From Obrimoposthia wandeli (taxonomy: Eukaryota), in contig CDROCS010003840.1 of the NCBI GenBank assembly GCA_977020255.1, positions 186,001 through 250,000 of the forward strand: a stretch of 64,000 bases of DNA, given 5' to 3'. Of this stretch, positions 41,380 to 52,738 are shown one piece after another; position 1 is the first letter of the stretch; every line of letters begins with the position of its first letter. Below the pieces are notes generated by a model. That model worked only from the letters and a program-made list of their open reading frames with translations, made no database searches and had not been told where the DNA came from. A program made the position numbers and the translations under genes.

Positions 41380-44031
41380 ATGGGTAAATCTCTCGTTATT
41401 GTGGAGTCCCCTGCTAAAGCCAAGACTATTAATAAGTACTTGGGCAAGGACTTCATTGTAAAGTCAAGCGTTGGTCACGTACGTGATTTGCCAACGGGTG
41501 CACGTAATGCCGGAAAAAAAGCGGCAGCACAATCAACCGCAGGGTTGAGCGTTGAAGAAAAAGCGCGTCTTAAGAAAATTAAAGACCGCAAGTCTCTAAT
41601 CGGGAAAATGGGTGTTGATCCCTATAACGATTGGGACGCGCATTACGAAGTGCTTCCGGGCAAAGAAAAAGTCGTTAATGAACTGCAAAAACTTGCTGCC
41701 GATGCTGACTTTATTTACCTAGCTACCGATTTGGATCGCGAAGGAGAAGCTATTGCGTGGCACCTTCGTGAGATCATCGGTGGTGATGATGCACGTTATA
41801 AGCGAGTGGTATTTAATGAGATCACTAAAAATGCAATTCAACAGGCGTTTGAAGAGCCTGGAGAACTGAACATTGATGGTGTTAATGCTCAGCAAGCTCG
41901 ACGTTTTCTTGATCGCGTAGTGGGTTTCATGGTGTCACCTCTTCTTTGGAAGAAGGTTGCCCGTGGTCTATCTGCTGGTCGTGTTCAGTCTGTAGCGGTA
42001 AAGTTGATTGTTGAACGTGAACGTGAAATTAAAGCGTTTACACCAGAAGAGTTCTGGGACATTAATGCCAATACATTGACTGTTGGTGAAGATGCACTGC
42101 GTTTGATGGTTTCTCAGCAGGCGGGTAAAGCTTTCCGTCCGGTTAATGAAGCCCAAACCATGGCGGCTAAATCTGTACTTGATAGTGCAGAATATAAAGT
42201 AGTCGATCGTGAAGATCGCCCAACGAGTAGCAAGCCTTCAGCACCTTATATCACATCAACACTACAACAAGCGGCAAGTACCCGTCTTGGTTACGGTGTA
42301 AAACGTACAATGGGTTTGGCTCAGCGTCTATATGAAGCGGGTTATATTACCTACATGCGTACCGATTCGACTAATTTGTCGAATGATGCTGTTGTAGCTG
42401 CACGTGAATTTATCGGTAGCGAGTACGGTGAGAATTATCTCCCGAAAGAAGCGATAAAGTACGGTAGCAAGAAAAATGCACAAGAAGCGCACGAAGCGAT
42501 TCGTCCTTCAAGTGTTGAAGTGCAAGCTGAAAACCTTGAAGGCATGGATGCAGATGCAGTTAAGTTATACGACTTAATTTGGCGTCAGTTTGTATCTTGT
42601 CAGATGGTGCCAGCAAAATACGATTCAAGCACAATTACGGTTCAAGCTGATGAGTTTACGCTTAAAGCGAAAGGACGTATTTTGCGCTTTGCAGGTTGGA
42701 CTCTAGTACAACGTCCATCTGGTAAGAATGAAGATACGACATTGCCTATCGTTCACGTTGGCGATGTTCTGAAGTTAGAAGGCGTTGAGCCTAAACAACA
42801 CTTCACTAAGCCTCCAGCGCGCTTTACAGAAGCTGCATTGGTTAAAGAATTAGAGAAGCGTGGTATTGGTCGACCTTCTACATACGCATCAATCATTTCT
42901 ACGATTCAAGATCGTGGTTATGTACGTGTAGATCAGCGCCGTTTCTATGCAGAGAAAATGGGTGAAATCATCTCAGATCGTTTGGATGGAAGTTTCCCAG
43001 ATCTGATGGACTTTGATTTCACTGCTCGCATGGAAGGCAACCTTGATAAAATCGCTGTAGGCGAAAAGAACTGGAAATCCGTTCTTGATAACTTCTTTAG
43101 CGACTTCACGACTGAGCTTGAAAGAGCAGAGTTAGATGAAGATGAAGGTGGCATGAAGCCAAACAATATCGTTGTGACCGATATTGAATGTCCGACATGT
43201 TCACGTCCAATGGGTATTCGTACAGCATCAACTGGCGTATTCCTAGGGTGTTCTGGTTATGCACTTCCGCCTAAAGAACGTTGTAAAAAGACGATTAACT
43301 TAGGTGATGAAGACGGCATTGTTAACGTGCTTGAAGAAGACGTTGAAACTGCTGCATTGCGTGCTAAAAAGCGTTGTCCGAAATGTGACACCGCAATGGA
43401 TGCATACCTGATTGACCAAGATCGTAAATTGCATGTTTGTGGTAATAACCCAAGCTGTGATGGTTACATTGTAGAGAAAGGTGAATTCAAGCTGAAAGGC
43501 TATGAAGGACCATTGATTGAATGTGACAAGTGCGGTTCAGATATGGAACTGAAAACGGGTCGTTTTGGTAAGTACATGGGTTGTACGAGTGAAGATTGTA
43601 AAAATACTCGTAAGATTCTGAAGAATGGTGAAATTGCACCACCTAAAGAAGATCCTGTACATTTACCTGAGGTTCCATGTACTCAAGATTCTAATGCGTA
43701 TTTCGTTTTACGTGACGGTGCTTCAGGCTTGTTTATGGCTGCAAGTACTTTCCCTAAATCGCGTGAAACACGTGCGCCGCTTGTGTCTGAACTCGTGCGC
43801 TTTAAAGATCGATTATCGCCTAAGTTCTTTTACTTAGCAGATGCACCAACAGAAGATCCGGATGGTCGAGAGGCTGTTGTTCGCTTTAGCCGTAAGAGCA
43901 AAGAGAATTACGTCCGTACCGAAGTCGACGGTAAGCCATCTGGCTGGACCGGTCTTTACGTTGACGGTAAGTGGGAAATTACCGATAAACGTAAAAAACC
44001 GAAGAAAGAAAAAGACACAGACGAGAAATAA
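41380..44031 (+). CDS. topA: DNA topoisomerase I
   Basis: [26 protein letters not shown], catalytic [11 protein letters not shown]-terminal Zn ribbons. Confidence 0.98.
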   Translation: MGKSLVIVESPAKAKTINKYLGKDFIVKSSVGHVRDLPTGARNAGKKAAAQSTAGLSVEEKARLKKIKDRKSLIGKMGVDPYNDWDAHYEVLPGKEKVVNELQKLAADADFIYLATDLDREGEAIAWHLREIIGGDDARYKRVVFNEITKNAIQQAFEEPGELNIDGVNAQQARRFLDRVVGFMVSPLLWKKVARGLSAGRVQSVAVKLIVEREREIKAFTPEEFWDINANTLTVGEDALRLMVSQQAGKAFRPVNEAQTMAAKSVLDSAEYKVVDREDRPTSSKPSAPYITSTLQQAASTRLGYGVKRTMGLAQRLYEAGYITYMRTDSTNLSNDAVVAAREFIGSEYGENYLPKEAIKYGSKKNAQEAHEAIRPSSVEVQAENLEGMDADAVKLYDLIWRQFVSCQMVPAKYDSSTITVQADEFTLKAKGRILRFAGWTLVQRPSGKNEDTTLPIVHVGDVLKLEGVEPKQHFTKPPARFTEAALVKELEKRGIGRPSTYASIISTIQDRGYVRVDQRRFYAEKMGEIISDRLDGSFPDLMDFDFTARMEGNLDKIAVGEKNWKSVLDNFFSDFTTELERAELDEDEGGMKPNNIVVTDIECPTCSRPMGIRTASTGVFLGCSGYALPPKERCKKTINLGDEDGIVNVLEEDVETAALRAKKRCPKCDTAMDAYLIDQDRKLHVCGNNPSCDGYIVEKGEFKLKGYEGPLIECDKCGSDMELKTGRFGKYMGCTSEDCKNTRKILKNGEIAPPKEDPVHLPEVPCTQDSNAYFVLRDGASGLFMAASTFPKSRETRAPLVSELVRFKDRLSPKFFYLADAPTEDPDGREAVVRFSRKSKENYVRTEVDGKPSGWTGLYVDGKWEITDKRKKPKKEKDTDEK

Positions 44032-44032
44032 T

Positions 44033-44060
44033 AAAAAAACCGCCGAAAGGCGGTTTTTTT
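44033..44060 (+). terminator. topA terminator
   Basis: A run-CCGCC-GAAA-GGCGG-T run. Confidence 0.9.
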
Positions 44061-44353
44061 TGCGTTTTTATTATACCCAAGTCTCTGTTGTTCAAATAAT
44101 GCTGAGATCTACCAATATCTAGGAATTATTCTTAGTTGCTATTTTTCATGGGGAGTATGTCACTAACATCGTGTGTTTGTTTAATCGCATCCGTCAGTTG
44201 TATTTTGTTATGAGCATTAAATGTTAACAATGCGTTTGTTTGTTCAATTTAAAATAAGTTATAACTTTTTGGAATAATGTAATAAGCGTTACATCACAAT
44301 GTGAATTAATATCCACAAATATAATCCGGCTTAATTAAAGAGAGGGATTAATT

Positions 44354-45181
44354 ATGACAAAAAAATTAGATCTTATACCCGTTATAAAAACGACACTCAT
44401 TGTTATGGCGGTTATTTTTGTTTCGCAGGTGTTAATAGGTAAGCAAGTTATTTCATTTGGTTCAGTAGCCATTCCAATTCTACCCATGTTGTTTGCGGTA
44501 ATGATTGGTATGGCTATTTCATTAGTAATAGTTCGAGACAAAATAAAGTTATGGGGCAAAGTATTTACTGATAAAGAAGAATCATTTGCATCTAATATGG
44601 TCGGCTTTTCCCTTCTAATTCTAGGTACTCAGTATGCTGGAATGATTATCCCTAATATTGATAATATTTTAGAAGCCGGTGTGCCATTAATTTTCCAAGA
44701 ACTCGGTAATTTATTACCAATATTCATTGCGATTCCTCTTGCTGTTAAATTTGGTTTAGGTCGCGAAGCCATTGGTGCGTGTTCATCTATTAGCCGTGAG
44801 CCATCAATTGCCGTAATCCAAGGGAAATATGGAACGGGTACGCCTGAATATATTGGTGTTCTTGCTATTTATCTTTGTGGTTCGGTGATTGGTACACTTT
44901 GGTTCAGCGTATTGGGTAGCCTTGGGTCACTGACCGGTCTTCATCCATTAGCATTAGCCGCAGGTAGTGGCGTTGGCAGTGGTTCGATGTTGAGTGCAGC
45001 ATCTGGTGCTTTAGTGAGTACGCTAAGCCCTGATATGGCCGCTCAAGCATTAAGTATTGCGGCTGCATCTAACTTACTTTCATCTGTGATTGGAGCCTTG
45101 TCTCTTACATTTATCGGCTTACCACTTGCTGAATTCATGTATAAAATTTGCAACAAAAAAGAGGTAGCGACTAATGCTTAA
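44354..45181 (+). CDS. polytopic membrane protein, DUF3100-like
   Basis: Hydrophobic 275 aa; QELGNLL, GLGREAIGACSSISREP, LAAGSGVGSGSML pattern. Confidence 0.72.
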   Translation: MTKKLDLIPVIKTTLIVMAVIFVSQVLIGKQVISFGSVAIPILPMLFAVMIGMAISLVIVRDKIKLWGKVFTDKEESFASNMVGFSLLILGTQYAGMIIPNIDNILEAGVPLIFQELGNLLPIFIAIPLAVKFGLGREAIGACSSISREPSIAVIQGKYGTGTPEYIGVLAIYLCGSVIGTLWFSVLGSLGSLTGLHPLALAAGSGVGSGSMLSAASGALVSTLSPDMAAQALSIAAASNLLSSVIGALSLTFIGLPLAEFMYKICNKKEVATNA

Positions 45182-45623
45182 ATCTATTCATGATATGAAA
45201 TTTGTGTTCCTTGCTTTAGCTCTGGCTATTTTCACTGAAACATTAACGACGGGAACACCTCTATTCAGTATGTGGGATAGTGCCGTTGCCATGTCGGTAA
45301 TTGTATTCTTAGCATTAGTGACAAAGCATTATATTAATTCACCGTTACCCGCATTTGCATATGCAACACTTATTGGTATCGCAATTTGTTTACCTGACAC
45401 TGTTATTCGAACTTTCTTCTTAGATTCAATTGGGAAAGTCGGTTTCTTATCTTGTTGTGTTCCGCTACTTGCTTTCGCTGGCTTATCAGTTGGTGGCAAA
45501 ATGGAAGAGCTTAAAAAGTTATCGTGGAAAATTGTTGTTTTATTCTTGCTTGTATCGACTAGCTGTTTCTTTGGGGCATCAATTATCGCGCAAATCGGCT
45601 TTACAATGAAAGGTATTATTTAA
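45174..45623 (+). CDS. small membrane protein, probable partner of the DUF3100-like protein
   Basis: 4-5 TM segments, PLLAFAGLSVG; overlaps both neighbours. Confidence 0.7.
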   Translation: MLKSIHDMKFVFLALALAIFTETLTTGTPLFSMWDSAVAMSVIVFLALVTKHYINSPLPAFAYATLIGIAICLPDTVIRTFFLDSIGKVGFLSCCVPLLAFAGLSVGGKMEELKKLSWKIVVLFLLVSTSCFFGASIIAQIGFTMKGII

Positions 45624-46804
45624 TGACGTTAGGTAAATTCAAATTAAATGCAAACGTATTAGAACTACGAGATTTTAGTATTAATACCCGTCGTCACCTT
45701 CATATGATTCCTGAATTATCAGGAGAAGAAGTTGAAACAGCAACATATTGTAAATCACTGATGGTTGATTATGGTTATCAAGTAACGTCTTATGATGGGT
45801 ATACTGGTTTTATAGCTGATCTGGTTATTGATGCTTCATTAAAGACGGTTGCATTTCGTGCCGATATGGATGCACTTGAAATGGATGACTTAACGTGTAA
45901 TGAGCATTCATCGACGAATAAAGGCCGTGCGCATAACTGTGGTCATGATACACACATGACGATTGCGTTAACTGCTGCAAATTATCTGGCAAATAACCAA
46001 GAAGAACTACGTCACAATGTTCGATTTATCTTCCAAATGGCTGAAGAAGATATGCGTGTTGATGGCGCCAATAAAATGGTTGAACTTGGTTGCATGGATG
46101 GTGTTAATGAAGTTTATGCCCTTCATAATGACGCTGCACAAGAATGTGGCACCGTATTAGTTAATAACGGCATTATGTCTTCATATGGCTGTGCATGGAC
46201 ACTTGATATTCAAGGTGTATCGGCGCATGGTTCAACACCGCATAAAGGTCTTGATGCTATTCGTGAAGGTGCGCGTATCGTTGAAGATATGGACTACGTT
46301 GTAGCCAAGAAAACGAATCCATTTTCTCCTGCTGTTTTCGTCTGTGGGATGTTTAATGGCGGTACGATTCCAAATGCTGTCGCTGCAAATGTTCAGGCTC
46401 GTGGCACTATCCGCTCAATGGATCCTGAAACCGATCAGGTGCTGAAAAATAGCTTTTCATCCATTGTTGCTCAAAGTGAGCTGCGTGGTTATACAACGTC
46501 GATCACTCATTGCGGTTACCCTGCCATTATTAATCATCAGGTTGCTTACGACCGTGTTGTTCAGGCTGCGAATAAAACGGTTCCATCTGAATTACTGAAT
46601 GCTAACTGCACACCAATGACTGGCAGTGAAGATTTTAGCTTGATGATTGAAGCGACAGAAGATAAGCGTGGCGCTATGTTCTTTATTGGTTCTGGTAATA
46701 AAGAAAAGGGAATTTGTAATTATTTACATTCAAACCCTTACTTTGTCGATGAAGATTTTTTACTAGTCGGCGCTCAGATCTTTATTCACTTGGCGACTGA
46801 TTAA
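45623..46804 (+). CDS. M20D-family amidohydrolase
   Basis: RRHLHMIPELS, RADMDAL, HNCGHD, FQMAEE, HGSTPH, GSEDFS, LHSNPYF. Confidence 0.9.
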   Translation: MTLGKFKLNANVLELRDFSINTRRHLHMIPELSGEEVETATYCKSLMVDYGYQVTSYDGYTGFIADLVIDASLKTVAFRADMDALEMDDLTCNEHSSTNKGRAHNCGHDTHMTIALTAANYLANNQEELRHNVRFIFQMAEEDMRVDGANKMVELGCMDGVNEVYALHNDAAQECGTVLVNNGIMSSYGCAWTLDIQGVSAHGSTPHKGLDAIREGARIVEDMDYVVAKKTNPFSPAVFVCGMFNGGTIPNAVAANVQARGTIRSMDPETDQVLKNSFSSIVAQSELRGYTTSITHCGYPAIINHQVAYDRVVQAANKTVPSELLNANCTPMTGSEDFSLMIEATEDKRGAMFFIGSGNKEKGICNYLHSNPYFVDEDFLLVGAQIFIHLATD

Positions 46805-46889
46805 TTGGGCTATTTGCTCATACCTTTAATCTAATTGAATGAAATCCTACTCAGAGACTAGTTGCTACTATGTACCTGAGTGGGATTTT

Positions 46890-47861
46890 TTAGTAAAGCG
46901 GTAATTCAAAATCTTGAGACATCTTAATTATTTCATTGTTCGTTGAGTGCGCAACCACTTCCATTACTTCTTGCTTCAAGTGTGGGGCAAAGCTTTCAAT
47001 GAAGTCGTACATGTGCTTCTGCAAGAAGACATTTCTGCTATAGCAAATCCAAGCGTCACAATCAGGTATGATTCCTTTAAGAGGAATTGCAACGATTTCA
47101 CCATCACAAATCTGCTTAGCTGCAATTGTCGCGATTATACCAATACCTAGATCCATGCTTACGTATTGTTTTATTACGTCAACATCCATCGCGGTCATGA
47201 AATAGGTCGGATTTATGCCTTGTTCTGCAAACGCTTTCTCTTGCGCTATTTTCCCTGTAGAACCAGATTCATAACTAATCAGGTTGTATTTACTGATCAT
47301 TTCGAGGGTTATGTCTTTTTCTTTTCTTAATGGGTGATTCGATGGGAGTATAAGGCTTAGTGACCATTTATAGGCAGGAAGGACGATAAGATCTTTATCT
47401 CGTTCTACGTCTTGCGCAACAATAGAAAAGTCAGAATGCCCTTTTTTGATAATAGCGCCATTTTCATCGGGGTGTGCAGCGCCAATATGAAAGGTAATCT
47501 CAGGATGCTTCTTTACAAATTTGTTGACGGTCTTAGGCAATAAGAAGCGTGCAATCGTATTGGTTGTATAGATGTTCAAGCATCCACCTTCAGGATTGAG
47601 ATAGTCTCTGGAGATAGCGTATATCCGCTCTTCCACAGCTAGAATCTTCATCCCTTCATCAATTATCTGTTTACCAATACTGGTAATAGCGTTTAGATTT
47701 TTACCTTTACGTTCGAAGATTTTAACACCAAGCTCTGCTTCAAGTAGCCCTATTTGCTTACTTACACCTGGCTGTGTGGTATAGATACTTTTTGATGCCG
47801 CAGAGATATTTAGATCATGGTTTACTATCGCTCTAAGATAGCGTAGCTGTTGTAGTTTCAT
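46890..47861 (-). CDS. CysB-like LysR transcriptional regulator (divergent paralog)
   Basis: MKLQQLRYL...TTQPGVSKQIGLLEAELG, DVDVIKQYV, YDFIESFAPHL; collinear with cysB at 50362. Confidence 0.88.
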   Translation of the reverse strand: MKLQQLRYLRAIVNHDLNISAASKSIYTTQPGVSKQIGLLEAELGVKIFERKGKNLNAITSIGKQIIDEGMKILAVEERIYAISRDYLNPEGGCLNIYTTNTIARFLLPKTVNKFVKKHPEITFHIGAAHPDENGAIIKKGHSDFSIVAQDVERDKDLIVLPAYKWSLSLILPSNHPLRKEKDITLEMISKYNLISYESGSTGKIAQEKAFAEQGINPTYFMTAMDVDVIKQYVSMDLGIGIIATIAAKQICDGEIVAIPLKGIIPDCDAWICYSRNVFLQKHMYDFIESFAPHLKQEVMEVVAHSTNNEIIKMSQDFELPLY

Positions 47862-47886
47862 TTAAACGTACCTGAGAATAAGTATT

Positions 47887-47912
47887 AAAAACCCCGCTCG
47901 ATAGCAGGGCTT
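47887..47912 (-). terminator. terminator-like hairpin between small ORF and CysB paralog
   Basis: Minus strand AAGCCCTGCT-ATCG-AGCGGGGTTT-TT. Confidence 0.7.
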
Positions 47913-47922
47913 AGGTATTTGG

Positions 47923-48066
47923 TTACTTACTACACTCTATCGCTATACTGCTAATGGCAAATAATGTTCCATTATGAGTCTTATGGCGATCCTTGGTCAT
48001 AAGTTTCAAAAAGCTATAAGAAGTAATAATGCGGTCGATAATTCCATTATCAACAAGAATTGGCAT
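47923..48066 (-). CDS. unannotated 47-aa ORF MPILVDNGIIDRIITSYSFLKLMTKDRHKTHNGTLFAISSIAIECSK
   Basis: GGAG SD 8 nt before ATG; followed by a terminator hairpin; below the ORF-track cutoff. Confidence 0.5.
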   Translation of the reverse strand: MPILVDNGIIDRIITSYSFLKLMTKDRHKTHNGTLFAISSIAIECSK

Positions 48067-48314
48067 ATTCACTACTCCTTGTTATCTCATTGTATTTATG
48101 CGGAAAAAAAGCGAGCAAATCAAAAATCAATGTGAGATTGTTTGTCTATTTCTAACCCTAAAATCAGTGTAATCGTTCATGATGTCATAATCAATGACAA
48201 TCAAATACCAAGCCTAGTTAACCATAACGGAACGGATAAGAGTGTCGCTTAACAGTTCCATGGTTAGAGGGTAGTAGACTGTTGTACTTATACCGCCGTA
48301 CTATGTAATCATAC

Positions 48315-49103
48315 TTACACAGATATTGCAGCAGGTATGCCGCTATGAAATCGGAACATATCGTCTTCAGAGTTAATTAACACCGCTTCTTTTTCACCAA
48401 TGATACGAATACGGTCTGAAATGTTGTGCCCTGCAATTTGTTCTGCGAGTTGTAAATAATCTTGATAGTGGCGGGCTTCTGAGCGTAATAATGAAATATA
48501 GAATTTCTGTAGTTCGTCGTCTAAAAATGGGGCTAATTTAGCAAAACGCTCACAAGAGCGAGCTTCGATGAATGCGGCAGCAATCAGCTTATCAATTAAC
48601 GTTGCAGGTTCGTGTGTACGCACTGCCTTCATTAATCCTTTCGCATAACGACCCGCACTTAAATTACTGTAAGGGATGTTACGGCTTACCATAATGTCTA
48701 GCACTTGTTCGAAGTGATGAAACTCTTCTTTGATTAAGCGAACCATTTTTTCAATAAGTTCAGGGCCATGTGCAAACCCTTCTTTGGCAACGAGTGGGGC
48801 TGATAAACCATTTTTTTTGCCATGAAAGGCGTCTGTATTTCGCACTCTGCCATAGACAAAATCTTCATAAGGTTTTGCCCATTCGAGCAATGCATTCCCG
48901 CTATCAACATCTACCGCGTATTTACGGATCAGCCACATGGCTGTTTGGCTTGCTTTTAGTTCGCAGTTACAGTGATCGACCAGTAAGCCTGTTAAGTTTT
49001 CAGGCTTAACGGCTTCATCTATCCAAGCGTCTGGGGTTTCACAGTGTAGAAATTGTTTGATGGGCGAGAGTAACTCGTCAATCATCTGTTGAGTTTTATT
49101 CAT
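48315..49103 (-). CDS. miaE: tRNA-(ms2io6A)-hydroxylase
   Basis: DHCNCELKAS, EEFHHFEQV, FIEARSCERF, SEARHY di-iron motifs. Confidence 0.94.
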   Translation of the reverse strand: MNKTQQMIDELLSPIKQFLHCETPDAWIDEAVKPENLTGLLVDHCNCELKASQTAMWLIRKYAVDVDSGNALLEWAKPYEDFVYGRVRNTDAFHGKKNGLSAPLVAKEGFAHGPELIEKMVRLIKEEFHHFEQVLDIMVSRNIPYSNLSAGRYAKGLMKAVRTHEPATLIDKLIAAAFIEARSCERFAKLAPFLDDELQKFYISLLRSEARHYQDYLQLAEQIAGHNISDRIRIIGEKEAVLINSEDDMFRFHSGIPAAISV

Positions 49104-49260
49104 TATCGGTTCTATCTAGTGTTATGTTTCTGCGTAAATAATAAATGATTACTCGACTATTGGTGGCTAATATGAAAATAGCACAGTCGTAAAAAAGGTC
49201 GCATCGGCGACCTCTCAATAATTATTCGATGTTAGATATCTGCCTTATGCTGTCTGGTGT

Positions 49261-50022
49261 TTACCATTTGCGTTTTGGCTGGAACAATACATCCAATTCA
49301 TCATGTTCTTTATCAATGATTTGCTGGCGTTCTTGCTCGTGGTTTTGTGATTGACTATTATCTATTTCACTTAGCATTACTTGCAGCTTTTCACGGGCTT
49401 TATTCGCGTAGCTATCATTCTTGCTAGACAGAACATCAATGCCTTTTTTCAATAATTGTTTGGCTGTACCCAGTTGACGTTTCAGACGAGCATCGTTAGC
49501 CCGCTTAACGACATTTTCAATGTTAATACGTAGCTGAATACTTTCAAGACGGGCATTTTCTGTTACAAAAGCTTGAGTCGCAAGACGCCCTTTACTGTGT
49601 TCATTTTTAATGACTGTTTTAAGGCGCTTAACCAGCTGCAACATGCCGATGGCTTGCTTGTCAGTACTTGGTGTTTTGAAGCTTGCCACATCCGCATTAG
49701 AGTAATTAGCTTGCAAGTGCTTAATTTGTTCAGCAACATTTCTAATACGTGCCGGTAGATTCTTTTCCGTAGGATCTGTATCGCTCATAGATTGTAAGGC
49801 GAATAAGATACGCTGATTTAGGCAGACCAATAATTCTTTGCTGTAAGGTAAGTGATGCGCATTACCAATTAGCTCTTCGGTCGCATCTATAACGGCGATA
49901 TGCTTTGCCAGTTCTTGTTGTTTCTCACTTTCTAAACGTTGGCGGTACTGAATAATAACGTTATAGCCAACGATCAATATCAGCAACAAGGCAAATAGGC
50001 CTATTACTAAAGGTATACTCAT
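49261..50022 (-). CDS. conserved hypothetical protein with N-terminal TM anchor and helical body
   Basis: N-terminal hydrophobic helix, predicted coiled/TPR-like helices, C-terminal LFQPKRKW. Confidence 0.75.
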   Translation of the reverse strand: MSIPLVIGLFALLLILIVGYNVIIQYRQRLESEKQQELAKHIAVIDATEELIGNAHHLPYSKELLVCLNQRILFALQSMSDTDPTEKNLPARIRNVAEQIKHLQANYSNADVASFKTPSTDKQAIGMLQLVKRLKTVIKNEHSKGRLATQAFVTENARLESIQLRINIENVVKRANDARLKRQLGTAKQLLKKGIDVLSSKNDSYANKAREKLQVMLSEIDNSQSQNHEQERQQIIDKEHDELDVLFQPKRKW

Positions 50023-50349
50023 AAGATAGGTTTATCTTCCATGCGATTTTTTAGCCGAACTTGTAAGATACACCATCTGCCTTTTAGGCGATAGCGAGAT
50101 CCCTCAAAGTTAATAGGAATTGTGTTTATTTGAGTTATATGCCGGTGAAGAGAGATAAATTAATAAAAATTTAAAGGCAAATAAGTAGACAGCCTTGGTG
50201 TTAATGCGAAAAAGAGCAAACAAACACGATCAAAACCCGTACAATTGCTATGAATTATGTGGTTGCAGGCTGATGTTAATCTCGTTGAATAGTTACCCCT
50301 AAATATTCAATGCTTACTTGTAATTGGTATAAAATGTAACGGACTATAG

Positions 50350-51336
<987 letters not shown>

Positions 51337-51514
51337 CGGTTTTATTGTGGTTTCATATCTGTTCATCTACTTATCCAGACTCGTATTACTCTTCTTGAAC
51401 AATCGATGAGAAGCAGCTTGTCTAAATGGGTGCAACATAATTATTCTCAGTACTATGGGGAAATTAGTATAAAATACCGCCCAATAAAACCATTCAGTAT
51501 TTGAGAACGATTAC

Positions 51515-52711
51515 ATGGCTGGGTATGCCCAACAATTTAGACAACTTGATGATGTATTGTCGAAAAATAAAGTATTTTGGCAATTTATGCCTTTTGCTGA
51601 AAAAGACTGTGTATGGTTGCAAACACACCCCGAGATGTGTGAATGGCTGAACAGCTTAACTGAGCGACAACTTGAAGAATTAAATGCAGATAGTGATAAA
51701 TTGGCCGCCGCTTTATCCTATTGGATTCCAGATGCTGCTGTGTTGCACCAATTGTCATTATGCCAACCATTCGCATCAAGCGAGATCGATGTTCCCTATG
51801 GTTTAAACACGGGTATTCCTGGGCGAAAGTGGACCCAAATAAATGCGTTTAATGCGGCATTACCGCGTTTGCAACTGCCTTGGCTAGAGTGGTGTGCTGG
51901 TAAAGGGCATCTTGGCCGTATTTTAGCGGCAACGCATGATATGCCAGTCACGAGTTTAGAGTGGCAGCAACAGCTTTGTATTGATGGTGAAGCATCTGCT
52001 AAGCAGCTTAAGTTACCGATTCATTTTGTACAAGCTGATGCATTTGATGAGAGTAGTGATACTCATATTCAATCCAAACAACATGCTGTTGCACTACACG
52101 CATGTGGTGATCTACATGTATCGTTATTACAGCGAGTGGTAGAGCGACAAGGTGCGGCGGTAAGTGTGTCTCCGTGTTGTTATCATTTAATTCGGTCTGA
52201 AATATACCAACCGCTTTCGCATGCAGCGAAGCAAAGTACGATTTCCTTAAATAAACACGATTTACGCTTACCATTACAAGAAACGGTTATTGCCGGGCAG
52301 CGTATTCGACGCCAACGTTTTTTAGAAGTCAGTTTTCGTTTAGGCTTTGATTCATTGCAACGGCACCTGCTAGATAACGACGAATATTTACCCGTTCCCA
52401 ATGTACATAAAGCTTTATTAAATGAAGGTTTTGCTGCATTTTGTCGATGGGCTGCTGAAAAGAAAAATATTGAGTTAATACCCGATATTGATTTTGAATA
52501 TTGGCAGCAAGAAGGTGAAAGACGACATGGCATTATTGAACGAATGGAATTAGTTCGTCAGTTATTTCGACGCCCTTTAGAAATGTGGCTAGTACTTGAT
52601 CGTGTTTGCTATTTAGAGCAGTCAAATTATGACGTATCCCTAGGAACATTCTGCGATAAACCGGTAACACCACGCAATATACTTATTCATGCTGAGCGTA
52701 AAGATAGCTAG
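51515..52711 (+). CDS. SAM-dependent methyltransferase-like protein
   Basis: EWCAGKGHLG, ALHACGDLH, PCCYH, TPRN. Confidence 0.85.
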   Translation: MAGYAQQFRQLDDVLSKNKVFWQFMPFAEKDCVWLQTHPEMCEWLNSLTERQLEELNADSDKLAAALSYWIPDAAVLHQLSLCQPFASSEIDVPYGLNTGIPGRKWTQINAFNAALPRLQLPWLEWCAGKGHLGRILAATHDMPVTSLEWQQQLCIDGEASAKQLKLPIHFVQADAFDESSDTHIQSKQHAVALHACGDLHVSLLQRVVERQGAAVSVSPCCYHLIRSEIYQPLSHAAKQSTISLNKHDLRLPLQETVIAGQRIRRQRFLEVSFRLGFDSLQRHLLDNDEYLPVPNVHKALLNEGFAAFCRWAAEKKNIELIPDIDFEYWQQEGERRHGIIERMELVRQLFRRPLEMWLVLDRVCYLEQSNYDVSLGTFCDKPVTPRNILIHAERKDS

Positions 52712-52738
52712 CAACTACAGACAAGGGCTAAACAAAAG

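Noticed and set aside
48216-48269. Integron attC site
   Set aside because: Only TAAC/GTTA match; too short, spacer and extrahelical-base geometry are wrong, and no cassette array or integrase is present.
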